Positions 12,343-24,413 of a DNA stretch of 64,000 bases are shown piece after piece (the stretch's first letter is position 1; each line of letters begins with the position of its first letter). The translations under genes were made by a program, and so were the position numbers. The notes below the pieces were generated by a model. It was not told the origin of the DNA. It did no database searches and was given only the letters and a program-made list of their open reading frames with translations. Source of the DNA: Eledone cirrhosa (Eukaryota); NCBI GenBank assembly GCA_964016885.1, contig OZ024742.1, positions 64,728,001 through 64,792,000 on the forward strand. Direction: 5' to 3'.

Positions 12343-14037
12343 CATCATCATCATCATCATCACCGTTTTATGTCCGTTCTTCCACGCTAGCATGGGTTAG
12401 ACGGGTTGTCCTGTTGTGGGCAGTGTCTGGTCGGCTGACCATGCCTTGCTCATACAGGAACTGATCTGGCTTGATTTCTACAGCTGGATGCCCTTCCTAA
12501 CACCAACCTCATTTACAGTGAGTGCTGGGTGCTTTTTCGTGGCGCCTACACGTCCACTTTACAGTGTGGGCTGGGTGCTTTTTTGCCATGGCACCTCCAC
12601 GACCACCTTGCGGTGGGGGATGTGGGGGCATATTGTCTATATGCTTCAGCTTGTACCCATGGGAGGTCGGGTACTCTGTATTACTGCGTGACGCCAGAGG
12701 TCACGGTCGTGTGTCATTGCCTTTGAGAGGTGTAATTGGGTAAGGTCGGCTTTTATCACCTCATCCCAGGTCATCTTGGGTCTCCCCACTCCGCGGTTTC
12801 CATCAACTTCTAGTGCTCTGCACCTTTTTATGCAGCTGTCATCCTTCATACGCATCACATGTCCATACCAGCGCAACCGCCTCTCCTGCACACAGCATTT
12901 GATTCCTCTTATGCTCAGTCTCTCTCTCAATTCATTTATGCTTTGTCGTGCACGTATATTACTGTTACACATCCATCGGAGCATGCAGGCTTCGTTTCTC
13001 TCTAATCTACGTAAGTCTTCCACCTTCAGCGCCCAGGTCTCACTACCATGCAACATCGCTGTTCGGATACACGCATCATACAGTCTGCCTTTCATTCTGA
13101 GGGAGAAGCCTTTTGCAGCTAGCAGTGGTAGTAGTTCCCTAAACTTCTTCCATCCCGTTCTTACCCTAGTTATTGTACTTTCTGAACACCCACCTCCGCT
13201 GCTAATTCGGTCACCTAGGTAGCAGAAGCTGTCTACTGTTTCTACAGAGCCCTCCCAGAGATTGGTGGTACTTGTTTCCTGTGGCTGTTTGCTGCTTGCT
13301 GTCCCAGCACAGCTGCTGCATGTGAAGCCTACATTCTTAATTAAGCTTCCTGAGATCCCGCTACATCTCTTGTGTACCCATTGTTTGCATTTGGGGCAGA
13401 GAATGGAGTTCCTACCTACACCTTTCCTACATACTGAGCAAGGCCATTTCCCTGAGGGGATCTGGGTTCTGTTTTCTCGTCTACTTACAAGGACCTTAGT
13501 CTTTGTCATGTTGACTTTGAGACCCTTTCTTTCTAGTCCCTGCTTCCAAGTTTGGAATTTATTCTCTAGTTCTACCATAGATTCAGCTATGAGTGCGAGG
13601 TCATCAGCATACAGGAGTTCCCATGGGCATCTGGTCTTAAACTCCTCCGTTATTGCCTGCAGGACTATGATGAACAGGAGGGGGCTAAGAACAGAGCCCT
13701 GGTGGACCCCAATCTGTATGCTAAATTCCTCGCTATACTCATTGCTAATCCTAACTTTGCTGACTGCTCCCCTATACATGGCTTGTACCGCTTTCACAAG
13801 CCATTCATCTACTCATAGTTTTCTAAGAGCCCACCAGATTACAGCACGTGGAACTCTGTCAAAAGCTTTCTCAAGGTCGACAAATGCCAAGTAGAGTGGC
13901 TTACTTTTAGCTAGGTACTTTTCCTGTAACTGCCTCACAAGGAAGAGGGCATCAGTGGTGCCTCTTCCTGGTACAAACCCAAATTGCATCTCGTCTATTT
14001 TCACCTGGTCCCTAATCAACTGTGCTATAACTCTTTC
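12343..14037 (-). mobile_element. Young 5'-truncated RTE-clade LINE: RT with inserted PHD-like finger, 3' UTR and (GAT)n tail
   Basis: QFGFVPGRGTTDA, FVDLEKAFDRVPR, GVHQGSVLSPLLF, LYADD, CYLG. ORFs 13813..14067 and 12646..13797 are one frame broken only by a single TGA at 13813-13815. Confidence 0.95.
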
Positions 14038-16912
14038 AGATGAAACCATAAAACTTACAAAAACCATTTGTTACTTTTGAATTTGTGTAGATATGTTATG
14101 TAAGTGTATAACTATGTACTTATCATTTAAATGTATTTGTGTAGATGCCAAGTGTTATGTAAGTGTATATTTGTGTAGATGTCATGCTGTGCAAGTGTAT
14201 TGATGTAAATGCCACCAGCTATATAAATGTATATTTGTATAGATGTCATGCTATGTAGGTGTAGAAATGTGTACATCTATTAGGTAAGAGTGTTGATGGA
14301 GATATCATCTGATATGGAGATGTAGAAATGTGAAGATGTCATTTGGTATATAAGTGCATTTGTGTAGATGTCATCTGTTTTGTAAGTGTATTTGCATATA
14401 TATCTTATGTAAATATATTTTAAAAGATATCATCTGATTTGTAAGTGTATCTTTTTGTAGATGACATCTGTTATGTAAGTGTATTTGTGTAGATGTTGTC
14501 TGTTATGTAAATCTATATTTATGTAGAGGTCTTCTGTTATATATGTTTGGTTTACACATACATAAACACACCATCATTCAACTGCAGTAGCAGGTGACCA
14601 CAATCCTCCTTCATTCATTGCTGCTTTCATAATTAGTTGTGGTCCTGTGGTTGGGTGATTAGCTCTGGCCATCTGTGGAATTTGAATCCCAGATGGATTT
14701 TGAACACAGAAAGTGCTGGAACAAATGCTGCAAAACATATTTCTGACACTAACATTTCTGTTAATCCACCAGCGAGGGATAGCAATTTATTTTATTGACC
14801 CAGAAAGGACAGAAAAAGTTGACTTCAACGGAATTTGAACTTAGAACAGAGAGCTAGAACAAATACTATCGACTGCCAATTAACTTCTCTCATAGATCTG
14901 CTTTCCATGTAAGGTGGTCATACTGGTGCCACAACAAAAAGCACTCTGTCCACCCTGTATGGTGGTGGTGGTGGTGCCAGGAAAAAAAGCTTCGTAATAT
15001 AGCTAGCGTTAGGGCATCCAACAGTAGAAAACCAAGCGAAAAACATGAGCATTGCACGGTCACCTGACCTATCTGACCTCATAACGTGACAGCCAATCTA
15101 ACCCATGCAATCAATGAAAGTAGACATTAAAGGGTGATGATGATGGAAAAGAAATAGCTGTCGCATAAAACAAAAATATATATGTAGCCCTGAATCAATC
15201 CAACGACAAAATTCCCACCCCACAGGATAATATACCCACACTACCAGACTATCTACACAGTGAGAATAATACAGAATTTGAATATATAGTTTTAGTTTAT
15301 CCGTTAAATTACATTTCATAGCTCTTATAAATAGATTTTCTATCTCTTTCGCCGTTATATTTGTTACTGTGTGAGGATTTAGTCGGTATTCCAGTAAAAA
15401 CAATGAGCAAAACAGATTTTGAAAGGATCAGGGGACTAGGCGTGCGAATGGTCAACCTTGGTATATATACTGTATCAATCGATTTTAAAAATAATTCTAG
15501 TATAAATATTTTATAAAATTCTTATGTGTCTTAGGTGAGGTGGGTGCTGATGTGTTCGGTCGGGACCATCTTTCATGAATATAAAATTAAATCATATTTA
15601 ATAAACCCAAGAAGGCTGAATAGTCCATTCAGCTTTGGTGAAATTTGAACTATGACTACAGAATTATGAAAGTGGGAGAGGAGCTGGATACCAATCTCTT
15701 GACAAGAGGCATGAGGTGACACACAGTGAGGTGAGAAGAGATGGTAGAGTCAATTAAAGTGACACCAGTATTTGACTGCTAATTATTTTATCAACCCCGG
15801 AGGTGAGGAATTCAAAGTAACCTTCCCCCCAGGACAGGATTTGTAAACATTGTCGATAAATATGGAAGCTGTAATTAGATGTCACAACTGAGATTTATTA
15901 ATTGTGAATACCCAAATGATTAAGTTTGCTTTTCAACGATGTGAAGATAGGAGTGATGCTGGTGATAGGGAAACATTGGAAACCTGGGTTTCTTGAAGTA
16001 GTGCATATAGACCCCATCGGTAAATAAAAGCTTAGGGGGTGAAATTATCAGTTCGCATTAATTAATCCCTTTATATATTTGTGATTTCCGTGACCATCAA
16101 ATCCACTCTTCCCATAAAAAAAAATAATTCAAGCATTAAAAGTGTGTTTGTATTTGTAAATTTAACGATTCTTTTCTCATGTAAGTTGTATCAGACACTA
16201 GTAAATTAGTTGTCTTGTAATTTTAAATTTGATTAATTCGTTAGGTGAAGAGAAATTAAATAATGTTAAAAGGAGTCTATCAAGTAAAATGTTTAAGAAG
16301 CACTGGTGTAGAGGAATGTGGGTTAAAAGTGAAAGAACAGTTACAATTAGAAAATAAACGAAATAAAGATAGAATTTATACGACAGAGAAGTTATTTCAT
16401 TTAGAAATCTGTTGTAAAGAATTCCCTGAAGGACCTGTCTTAAGCTACACAGAAACACAATAACATCAAGATACAACCTGAGACACCATAATAGGTGGCT
16501 TACCAGCTAGAAATAGCAGTCAAATATCATTTAAATTACAATAGAAAGGAACACATTGAAGAATGTAGTCCCTGATATATAACAAGACGAGCTGATAATG
16601 GTTGGAATGCTTTTGATCATGTTTGCTCCACCAAGGCTAGCCTGGGACTAAACGACAACAATAACAGCACCCGTGTGGTTAATTTGTTGAAATAGCCCAG
16701 TGAAATAAAAATGGAAACGTATTTAGCAGGAATATTTAAAAAAATAAACATAGAATGATCTGGACAGAATATATAAAGTGATAATAGTCTATGTATATAT
16801 GTGTGTGTGGAAACTGGATTGTGAGCTATTATATTCAATTAACAGACACTTCAAAAATATTAAGATTTCGAATTCTTTGCATTCTGTTATTGAGAGGGTT
16901 GGCAACACATAC

Positions 16913-16956
<44 letters not shown>

Positions 16957-16961
16957 TTATT

Positions 16962-16994
<33 letters not shown>

Positions 16995-17197
16995 ATACTG
17001 TTGAAGTGTTCGCTGTAAAACATAGTGGAGAAAAAGAGAACCGGTGAAATGTGAGGGGTGAGGAAAAGAAAATAAACGTTACGAGACAAACTAAAACAAT
17101 CTTCACGAAATCCTACTATAGGAAGATGAAAGAAGTTGTCATATATATATATGTATTTAAATAAAGTAATGAAGGGATTCAAGTGATTATTATTTAC

Positions 17198-17245
17198 CAG
17201 ATCGTATTCTTCGTCGTCATCACACATAAAGTCGGAATCCGACAT
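17198..17245 (-). CDS. COPS2: COP9 signalosome subunit 2, coding exon 1 (MSDSDFMCDDDEEYDL)
   Basis: ATG at 17245, then CTG|gtaaat donor. Matches the CSN2 N-terminus (DFMCDDEEDYDL in human). The exons join in frame: 17198-17245, 9547-9660, 9059-9139, 7626-7751, 6037-6204, 4753-4857, 3680-3749, 2144-2243. The gene continues beyond the left edge. Confidence 0.95.
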
Positions 17246-17780
17246 TTTTCCAAGTTGTCCTGATGGAGAGAACTAGACACAATCTGATTATGTCATCAAA
17301 TTCTGTGAACGCATGCATGAAACGTTTCTGGATAAAACTGCTTCGTCATAGCTTTGTGTGTGTGACGTAGTTGTGTATCACAACCAACACATTGGTTCTG
17401 ATTATATTAGAGCAACAAAAAGTTATGTATACAGAAGACGAGGCGGCTGACGTATAGCAATATATATACTTGTGTGTATATATTTTTATAATAAATATAT
17501 ATATACGCCAATATACGTTATATACACAACGACAACATTTTTCACCGGAACAATATATTTTAAATTCTTCGGCTTGTTCAGTCGTTTGTCAATTTAAATG
17601 TCTTCATTGGCGTGGTCGCTTTATCTTCTTCCAATGGTCAGCTTATCAATTCGAAGATAACTGACTGCCTTTCTTGTACTGTAAATTAATTAAAATTGCT
17701 TGAAAAGGAATATTTTGGAGCTGTCTTGGACATTTAAATCACTCCATTATCATCACCAACAACAACACAGAAGAACCGAT
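17246..17780. promoter_or_regulatory. Putative bidirectional promoter and 5' UTRs of COPS2 and DDA1
   Basis: 535 bp between divergent start codons, locally CpG-richer. CRE-like TGACGT at 17363 and 17448; CCAAT boxes on both strands (ATTGG 17391, 17606; CCAAT 17508, 17631); ETS-like CCGGAA at 17545; Inr-like TCAGTC at 17578. Confidence 0.7.
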
Positions 17781-17783
17781 ATG
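17781..17783 (+). CDS. DDA1: DDA1 coding exon 1 (ATG only, at the end of the first exon)
   Basis: ATG|gtaagt perfect donor; supplies the Met for the phase-0 exon at 19357. Confidence 0.8.
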
Positions 17784-18853
17784 GTAAGTGGGAAACGGTC
17801 ACTTATAGAAATAACTTAAACACATACGTTGTATGAATGAATTTTGTTCGATAAATAATATCCTTTCCCTGTTCTATATATGTGCATATATCTCTATATA
17901 TTTATGTATATGGAAATCTTTAATATTAAAGCTCGAAATAAGACAATGAAATTATTCTCGTTAAATTCACCGGATTCATTGCGTATATACGTATTAGTGT
18001 TTTTCCCCGAGTGTCATATATATACATATATATAATATATGTGTGATTGTGTTACACACGTGTGTATATGTATGTATATAAAGATATATATACGCGTGTT
18101 ATATTTTTAAAGATGTTCAGTTGTTGTTTAACCCCAGGTAAGCTCTGATTGAGCAGACTTACATGTTGCAGCCATATACAAGCCGTTTTTTTTTTTTATA
18201 TATCTGCGACATCCAACGTGTCCATTTTTAAATATGACGATAGAGTATGAATAATGGGTATTTGGCTGCTATTTCAACTATGTCAAGCGACTGTACAGTC
18301 TCCCTTGTTATATATGTGTGTGTTGCATGTATAAAACAGATTTCGTTACACATAGACACATACGTATAATTCTATATATACGCATATTGAGTGCTCATTC
18401 AGTTAATGTTTTAAGTACGATGGTATTTTAAACACCCACTTCAATTTGTGTGTATATATATATATATATACACATCATGGCATTTACGAAACACACTTTT
18501 ATTTTTGTGCCCACGGTTGAAACCCCATGTGTAATGTTTCTGCATTCCGATAGAAAAAGAGGGGTTATTTTACCTTTCATGGTGTAATAAATACATTCAA
18601 AGGTGTGGAGTGGGTGCCAGGACAGATACTATTGGCAAAGTGGAGGAGGTGCCACAAGGGAATTCTCGAAAAACGATTCTTTTCTGGTTGCGACACTACC
18701 AATTATGTTGTACACATATATATAATATATATATATATATATGACACGCACTAAATAAAGTGTTTACCCTTTCATTCTTTTATAGATTAACATGTTTCTT
18801 TCGTTTTAACTGCTCCATATTTGTATCGTGATGTAATATGTATATGTGTGTGC

Positions 18854-18926
<73 letters not shown>

Positions 18927-19207
18927 TTGAAGGCCAAATTTGAGTCTTTTTACTCTGGAGTTTATTCAGTGTGCACACAGAAGAAATCCAGATTAACAAG
19001 ACATAAACATGACTTTTAAGGAAATATTAATCTCTACTATGATGTTGAGTATTCATTCTCGTAAACCTCAGTACTGAGCGGGGATATATATAATCTGTAC
19101 TATAATCATCACCATCATTGGGCCTTTAACTTCTGATAGTAGTGTGAGTTCCGTCATGACATACAGTATACTTTAGGTATTTTATGCCTGGCAGAGCCCA
19201 TCCCCCT

Positions 19208-19320
<113 letters not shown>

Positions 19321-19356
19321 ATTTATCGATCCTTAATCTTTCTCTTATAATTTCAG

Positions 19357-19437
19357 GCGGAATTTCTAAAAGGATTGCCTTGTTACAATGAACACAACTT
19401 TACTAGATTCCATCCCGACTCTGGTTGTAAAACTAGT
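19357..19437 (+). CDS. DDA1: DET1- and DDB1-associated protein 1, exon 2 ([27 protein letters not shown])
   Basis: tttcag| acceptor, |gtaagt donor; matches the DDA1 N-terminus (human [23 protein letters not shown]). Not in the ORF track because it is short. Confidence 0.95.
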
Positions 19438-19719
19438 GTAAGTATATTTAAAACATAGGCATATCTTAACGGGGCCAACGAGAAACATTAACCCAAATTC
19501 TTGTTAAAAACTGATTTTGTGTGTAGGGGTGTAACGGAGACCCTTTAATATCATTTATGGTAACCACAAAATTGGGGGCTCTTGGCTACTGCCCAACCAG
19601 CCCCACCCCTTAATCAGTCTGTATGTGAATGTATTTTGTATCTGATTTTTTTTTTACTCTTGTATCTGTTGAAACTACTATGACATTCATGTGTGTTGTA
19701 GTGGCTGAAAGGACATTTT

Positions 19720-20628
19720 ATAATAATAATAATAATGAAAATATTGTGTACAGTGCTCAGGTGCACTACAGCTCATCAAAAAGTGTATGTATAGTACATA
19801 GGGTAATGTACAAACGTCAGGAAAATGAACTGCACGAGTCATGATATACTCATGTGTGCATGTGTATGGAAGGGGTACATCAGGTGTAGTTTTGGCGAAT
19901 TTCGGGAAGCATGAGTGTCTTGAAGGATGCAGTGTCTCGACAGCTAACGACTGACACAGGCAGTTTGTTCCATGCTTCAGCAACTCTAAATGTGAAAAAA
20001 TGTTTCCGAAAGTCATGGGAGCTGTGCTGTTTTCTGATTTTGTAGGCATGTCCACATGTGTTAGACACATGGAGATCAAAAAGGTGCTCAGGGTTGTTGT
20101 TGCGAGATGGTTAATAACTTTGTGGGTGTTTACCAAGTCCATTGCCAGACGTCGGAGCTTCAATGAATCCATGCCCAGGGAAGCAAGGCGTTCAGAGTAT
20201 GGTAGGTGTCTGATGGAGGGTATGCGCTTGGTTGCACGTCTCTGAACAGTTTCCAGGAGGTCAATGTTCTGAGCAAGATAGGGGTTCCAGACTGATGATG
20301 CGAATTCCAAGTGTGGTCATACCATAGCTGTATACAGTTTTAAATAGATGTCTGGAGAGCGGCTAACAAAGGTCTTGCTGAGTGATGCCAAGACACCCTC
20401 GGCCTTCTTGACAATCTTAGAGACATGCTTTGTCCAACGCAAATCGCTGCTGACAGTAATGCCCAGTTCACAAGAGGACTTCTTGATATCAGTGTTGTGG
20501 GTGGAGTATGTGGACGCTGGATTTTTCCTCCCAAAATGCATGGTGGTACACTTGTCCACAGCCAGCTTCAGTTGCCAGTCTGTGATCCTTTGCTGCATTG
20601 TGTCCAGGTCTGATTGTAGGAAGGAGTT
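19720..20628 (-). mobile_element. 5'-truncated CR1-clade LINE copy
   Basis: PHLEFASSVWNPY...LETVQRRATKRI...RKHFFTFRVAEAWNKLP with frameshifts; (ATT)n tail; same family as 31368-33030. Confidence 0.92.
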
Positions 20629-23340
20629 GTAATTACCTTGTATAACACATTGACACTGAATATAATACACCTTCACACACATATAGACACCTTGTGTATA
20701 CTACACACACATACATCTTGTGTACTGTGTATTATTCACACACACACCCTCCATATATCATTCTTAGAAATATGCTTAATTACTTATACATATCTTGTGT
20801 ATAACATGCATAAATACACGTACATAGCCTGTGTATAACATTCTTAAACACGTGTACAAACCTTGTGTATAACATTTGTTAGGGCAACAAACTTGTGTTT
20901 GAATTTTGAAGGTGCATAGCTTAGTGATTAGGTCGTTTGGTTCACAAGTGCATTGTTTTTTAGCAAGATACTTTATTTCACTCTGCTCCTATCAGCTTAG
21001 TTGGAAAAAATGAAATCTTTGTGTAATTCAAAGAGCCAGTCTTATCACATGTGGTGTCATACTGAATCTCCTTAAGAGCACAAGTGACTATGAAATGGTC
21101 AGCTACTTACATTAATTTCCTAAGCAACTGCTGTTAATCAGACAATTGGAAGACTGGTCATCGGAACCAACAGAGGTCCAACAATGTTTGAACTTCATTC
21201 AATCTGTTGTGAATCCAAATTTTCTCAGTGTTTGTAAACACACTTGTCCGTTTCATACTGTATGCCCATCTAACCCATGCTAGCATAGAAAATGGACGTT
21301 AAACGATGATGATGATATTGTTTTCCTCTAATAGCAAGGTACAGATTAACCCATCAAATCCTTTATTTCAACCATGACAGGACTCGTGCATTTAACACTT
21401 TTGATACTAAACCACTTGAAACTGCCTCTGGGTCTACAATACAAAACTGTTATAAAATATGTACGTATGGACACGTAATTCCTAATGGAGTCATAAGCGA
21501 GTTATAGTGATAAATAGCATGTCTTGGGCATTTTAAACCTGGTGGAACCCATCATTTTCCAAGTCTGAACACAGCTGATTTATTCTAGAAAAAGGAAAAA
21601 GTGGAAAAGACACGGCAGGCAAGAATCAACCTCTGGACTGGTACTTTGTATCAACCTCAAAAGGATGAAAGGCATAATTGATCTCAGTGGATTTTTAAGT
21701 CAGAGAACAGATAGCCAGAACAAGACTACAAGCAAAATGTTTGGATAACATCTATGAGTTCATTTGGTCTCACTGGATCATTTGAAGATGGTTGCTTTTG
21801 ATAGGGATCTCTAGAAGGACTCTGCCCCCATGATCTTCCCAGGAATAAGTAGGTAAAAAAGAAAGTCATGTTACAGTAGAGTAAATTTTACATATATTGT
21901 ATTCTACACTCTACAGGACTGACATTGGGAGTCTGCTATAAATACAGACTATACCATTCTTTATGCTAACCAACAAATATTAACTCACTTTGGCACAAAA
22001 TGTTAACTTTTTTCTGGGGATCCATTATCTCTCATCTCAGCTGATCTTCTGATCTAACCAGAAAAAACAACCTCATGCCAGATGTCTTGCTCCACCATCA
22101 TTATTCATATTTCCAATACAGCATTCAGACCTGTGTTTTTTTTAATATATTATTAAAGTTAGTGCTTTGTCTTTCCCAGTTTATCCACTTATGTATTGAC
22201 TGCTATATCACCAAATTTTAGACCATTTCTTCAGGATATCTCACACAGTGACCTGCCAATTGCAATCTTAGCTGAGCTACCTTTTCAGTAAATTTGGCAG
22301 ACCATCATAAAGTTCCGTATTTGAGTTGTGGTTCTTCCAAGTAATGTTAAGAACCATCTGTAATATGCAGGGGATTATTGAGCCATAAACATTATTTTTG
22401 GTATGTCTGATGTTAGATTTACTCTTCTGGATGTCAGCTGTGAAGCAACTCATGTATAACACATATACTTATTTTAGTAGTCAAATGTTCCTTGCTATTT
22501 AACCTACCTGAAATGCCCCTAGTTCTACGATGAAAAACCTATTTGTTTTAAGGTTCTCATGTTTAAATTTAAATCTTCCATAATCATTTTTTGTAAGAAC
22601 CTTTTATGTTTGAAATACTAAATTAACCCTTTCATTAGCATATTCTAAATGAAAGACACTATGATTTTCAAATAATTTTAAAAATAAGAATTTGTAGGGA
22701 TTTAGTAATATAATTTTCTCTAGTGTTTGGAACATAACATAAAGGTACTTGCATAAAATTATGATGGAAGGTTTTTAGATAAACATAAATACATATCCAC
22801 AAAGTGACCATTGAGACCTTCAGAGGGAGATACTCAGCTATGTGCTACATATACCCACGAAGAGACCAGTGAGAGCTGCTCTCAAGTGGAAACCAGAAGC
22901 AGGAGTGCTGACCTGCTTGAAATCTATGGAGGAAGACCTGGCAGACATGGGTCAGACCAGGGAGCAGACTTCTAACAGAGCTTGTGACTGAACTAGATCT
23001 CTCATCACCCAATGCTCTATAGGAAGTATGGGGAACTAATTTGAATACTTCTGCTAAAAAAGAAATCTTGCTAGAAATCAGCAATAGTGTAGAAACTAAA
23101 TCCAGATACAGGTCAACTAAATGTATATTGATTTCCCAGAAATACTTATCATCTAGTTGAGTTTACTCAGATTAATCTTGAGAATACCTATCCACCTGGG
23201 TGACAGAGGTTCTGCTTGAGTACTGACTGGTTTTGTCATTTCCAGTCTTTGCTAGCTAGGAAAACAGATGTTAAATGACAATGATGATACATTTATATAT
23301 ATATATAGTTATGTAATAAACAACATAAGACAATTATTCC

Positions 23341-23405
23341 ATTTACCAAAGGTTTCATGAAGATAGATGAGCTCGACACAGACGTCTGAAATTGCTCATC
23401 AGAAT
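23341..23405 (-). ncRNA. Hammerhead ribozyme motif, inverted sister copy with weakened stem II
   Basis: Reverse complement reads att-CTGATGA-gcaa...tcat-GAAA-cctttgg-TA-aat; core intact, stem II disrupted by CpG-type transitions. Confidence 0.5.
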
Positions 23406-23524
23406 GAAATTTTATTAGATGTGAATGTAAGATATGGATTTAAAAACAAAGGCTAAAACAATTGAAAGCGAGGTTGATATATAATATAATATAAAATAAA
23501 ATAATGGGAGAATATTTTATTTTA

Positions 23525-23850
23525 TCATGGCTTAGTGGTTAGAGCATTGGCCTTGCAATCGAAAAGTTGTGAGTTCAATTCTCAGACCGGGTGATGTGTT
23601 GTTTCCTTGAGCAAGACACTTTATTTCACATTGCTCCAGTTTACTCAGCTGTACAAATGAGATGATAGGGACTGGGGTCCCTATCATTCCACTGCAAAGT
23701 GGTCGTGGAAGTGCCACAGCAAAAAAGCACCCAGCACTCACTGTAAATGAGGTTGGTGTTAGGAAGGGCATCCAGCTGTAGAAATCGAGCCAGAATCAGT
23801 TCCCGTCAAACCCTTGCAAGCAGGGAAAAGTGGATGTAAAAAAATGAATT
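23525..23850 (+). mobile_element. tRNA-derived CORE-like SINE with RTE-derived 3' tail
   Basis: tRNA-like head plus CORE-like centre; tail aagcacccagcactcactgtaaatgaggttggtgttaggaagggcatccagctgtagaaatc is shared with the RTE 3' UTR at about 12474-12535. Confidence 0.88.
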
Positions 23851-23921
23851 ATATATCAGCCTTGCTTTCAATTATTTTAGCCTTTGTTTTTTAATCCATA
23901 ACTTACATCAAATAAAATTTA

Positions 23922-23986
23922 ATTCTGATGAGCGATATCAGATGTCTGTGTTGAGCTCGTCTGTCTTCGTGAAACCTTTGGTAAAT
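23922..23986 (+). ncRNA. Type I hammerhead ribozyme motif (intact core)
   Basis: att-CTGATGA-[stem II gcga/tcgt extended by cagatg/cgtctg]-GAAA-cc-ttt-gg-TA-aat; GUA triplet, predicted cut after 23983; short stem I att/aat. Confidence 0.7.
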
Positions 23987-24413
23987 GGAATAATTGTCTT
24001 ATGTTGTTTATTACATATCTAAATAGCTCTGTAGTTTACATAGAGCACTCTCCTTTCCTTTACCTTTCCTCCAGAAACACTTAATATATATATATAATTT
24101 TACTTCCACTTTCTGTGGTTTCTACAGCTCTTCTCGATACCAACAACTTTACAGTGTACTGAGTAAATTTTCTCATGGCACTAGCACAGAAGTGAGTATC
24201 TTGTCTCCAGCACAGTTAAAGGGACCAATATACTCAATATAGTCTCCATTCTTTCAAGATAAGCATATTTGGTTTAGAAAAATAGCTTTCCTAAATCCAT
24301 GTGTGAATTAACCCTTTTGATATCAAACTGCCTGAAGCCACCCTTGGTTCTATGATACAAAGTTTTCTTTTAAAGTGTTTATATTTATCTATACCAGATC
24401 ATGTGAAAGTTAT

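Larger units (their letters stand above)
23310..24018. repeat. Fold-back element: ~175-bp inverted arms (23310-23485, 23848-24018) around a SINE
   Basis: The arms are diverged reverse complements and each carries a hammerhead motif. The arm terminus recurs twice at 63089-63210. Confidence 0.85.

Noticed and set aside
12776-13894. Plus-strand ORFs of 148 and 210 aa
   Set aside because: Antisense shadows of the RTE reverse transcriptase frame
15240-16460. Possible Penelope RT remnants in COPS2 intron 1
   Set aside because: Only vague motif resemblance; too degenerate to support without a profile search
23528-23590. tRNA genes (also 6290, 12070, 20915, 34435, 63860)
   Set aside because: A/B-box heads continue into SINE bodies; no complete cloverleaf or acceptor stem
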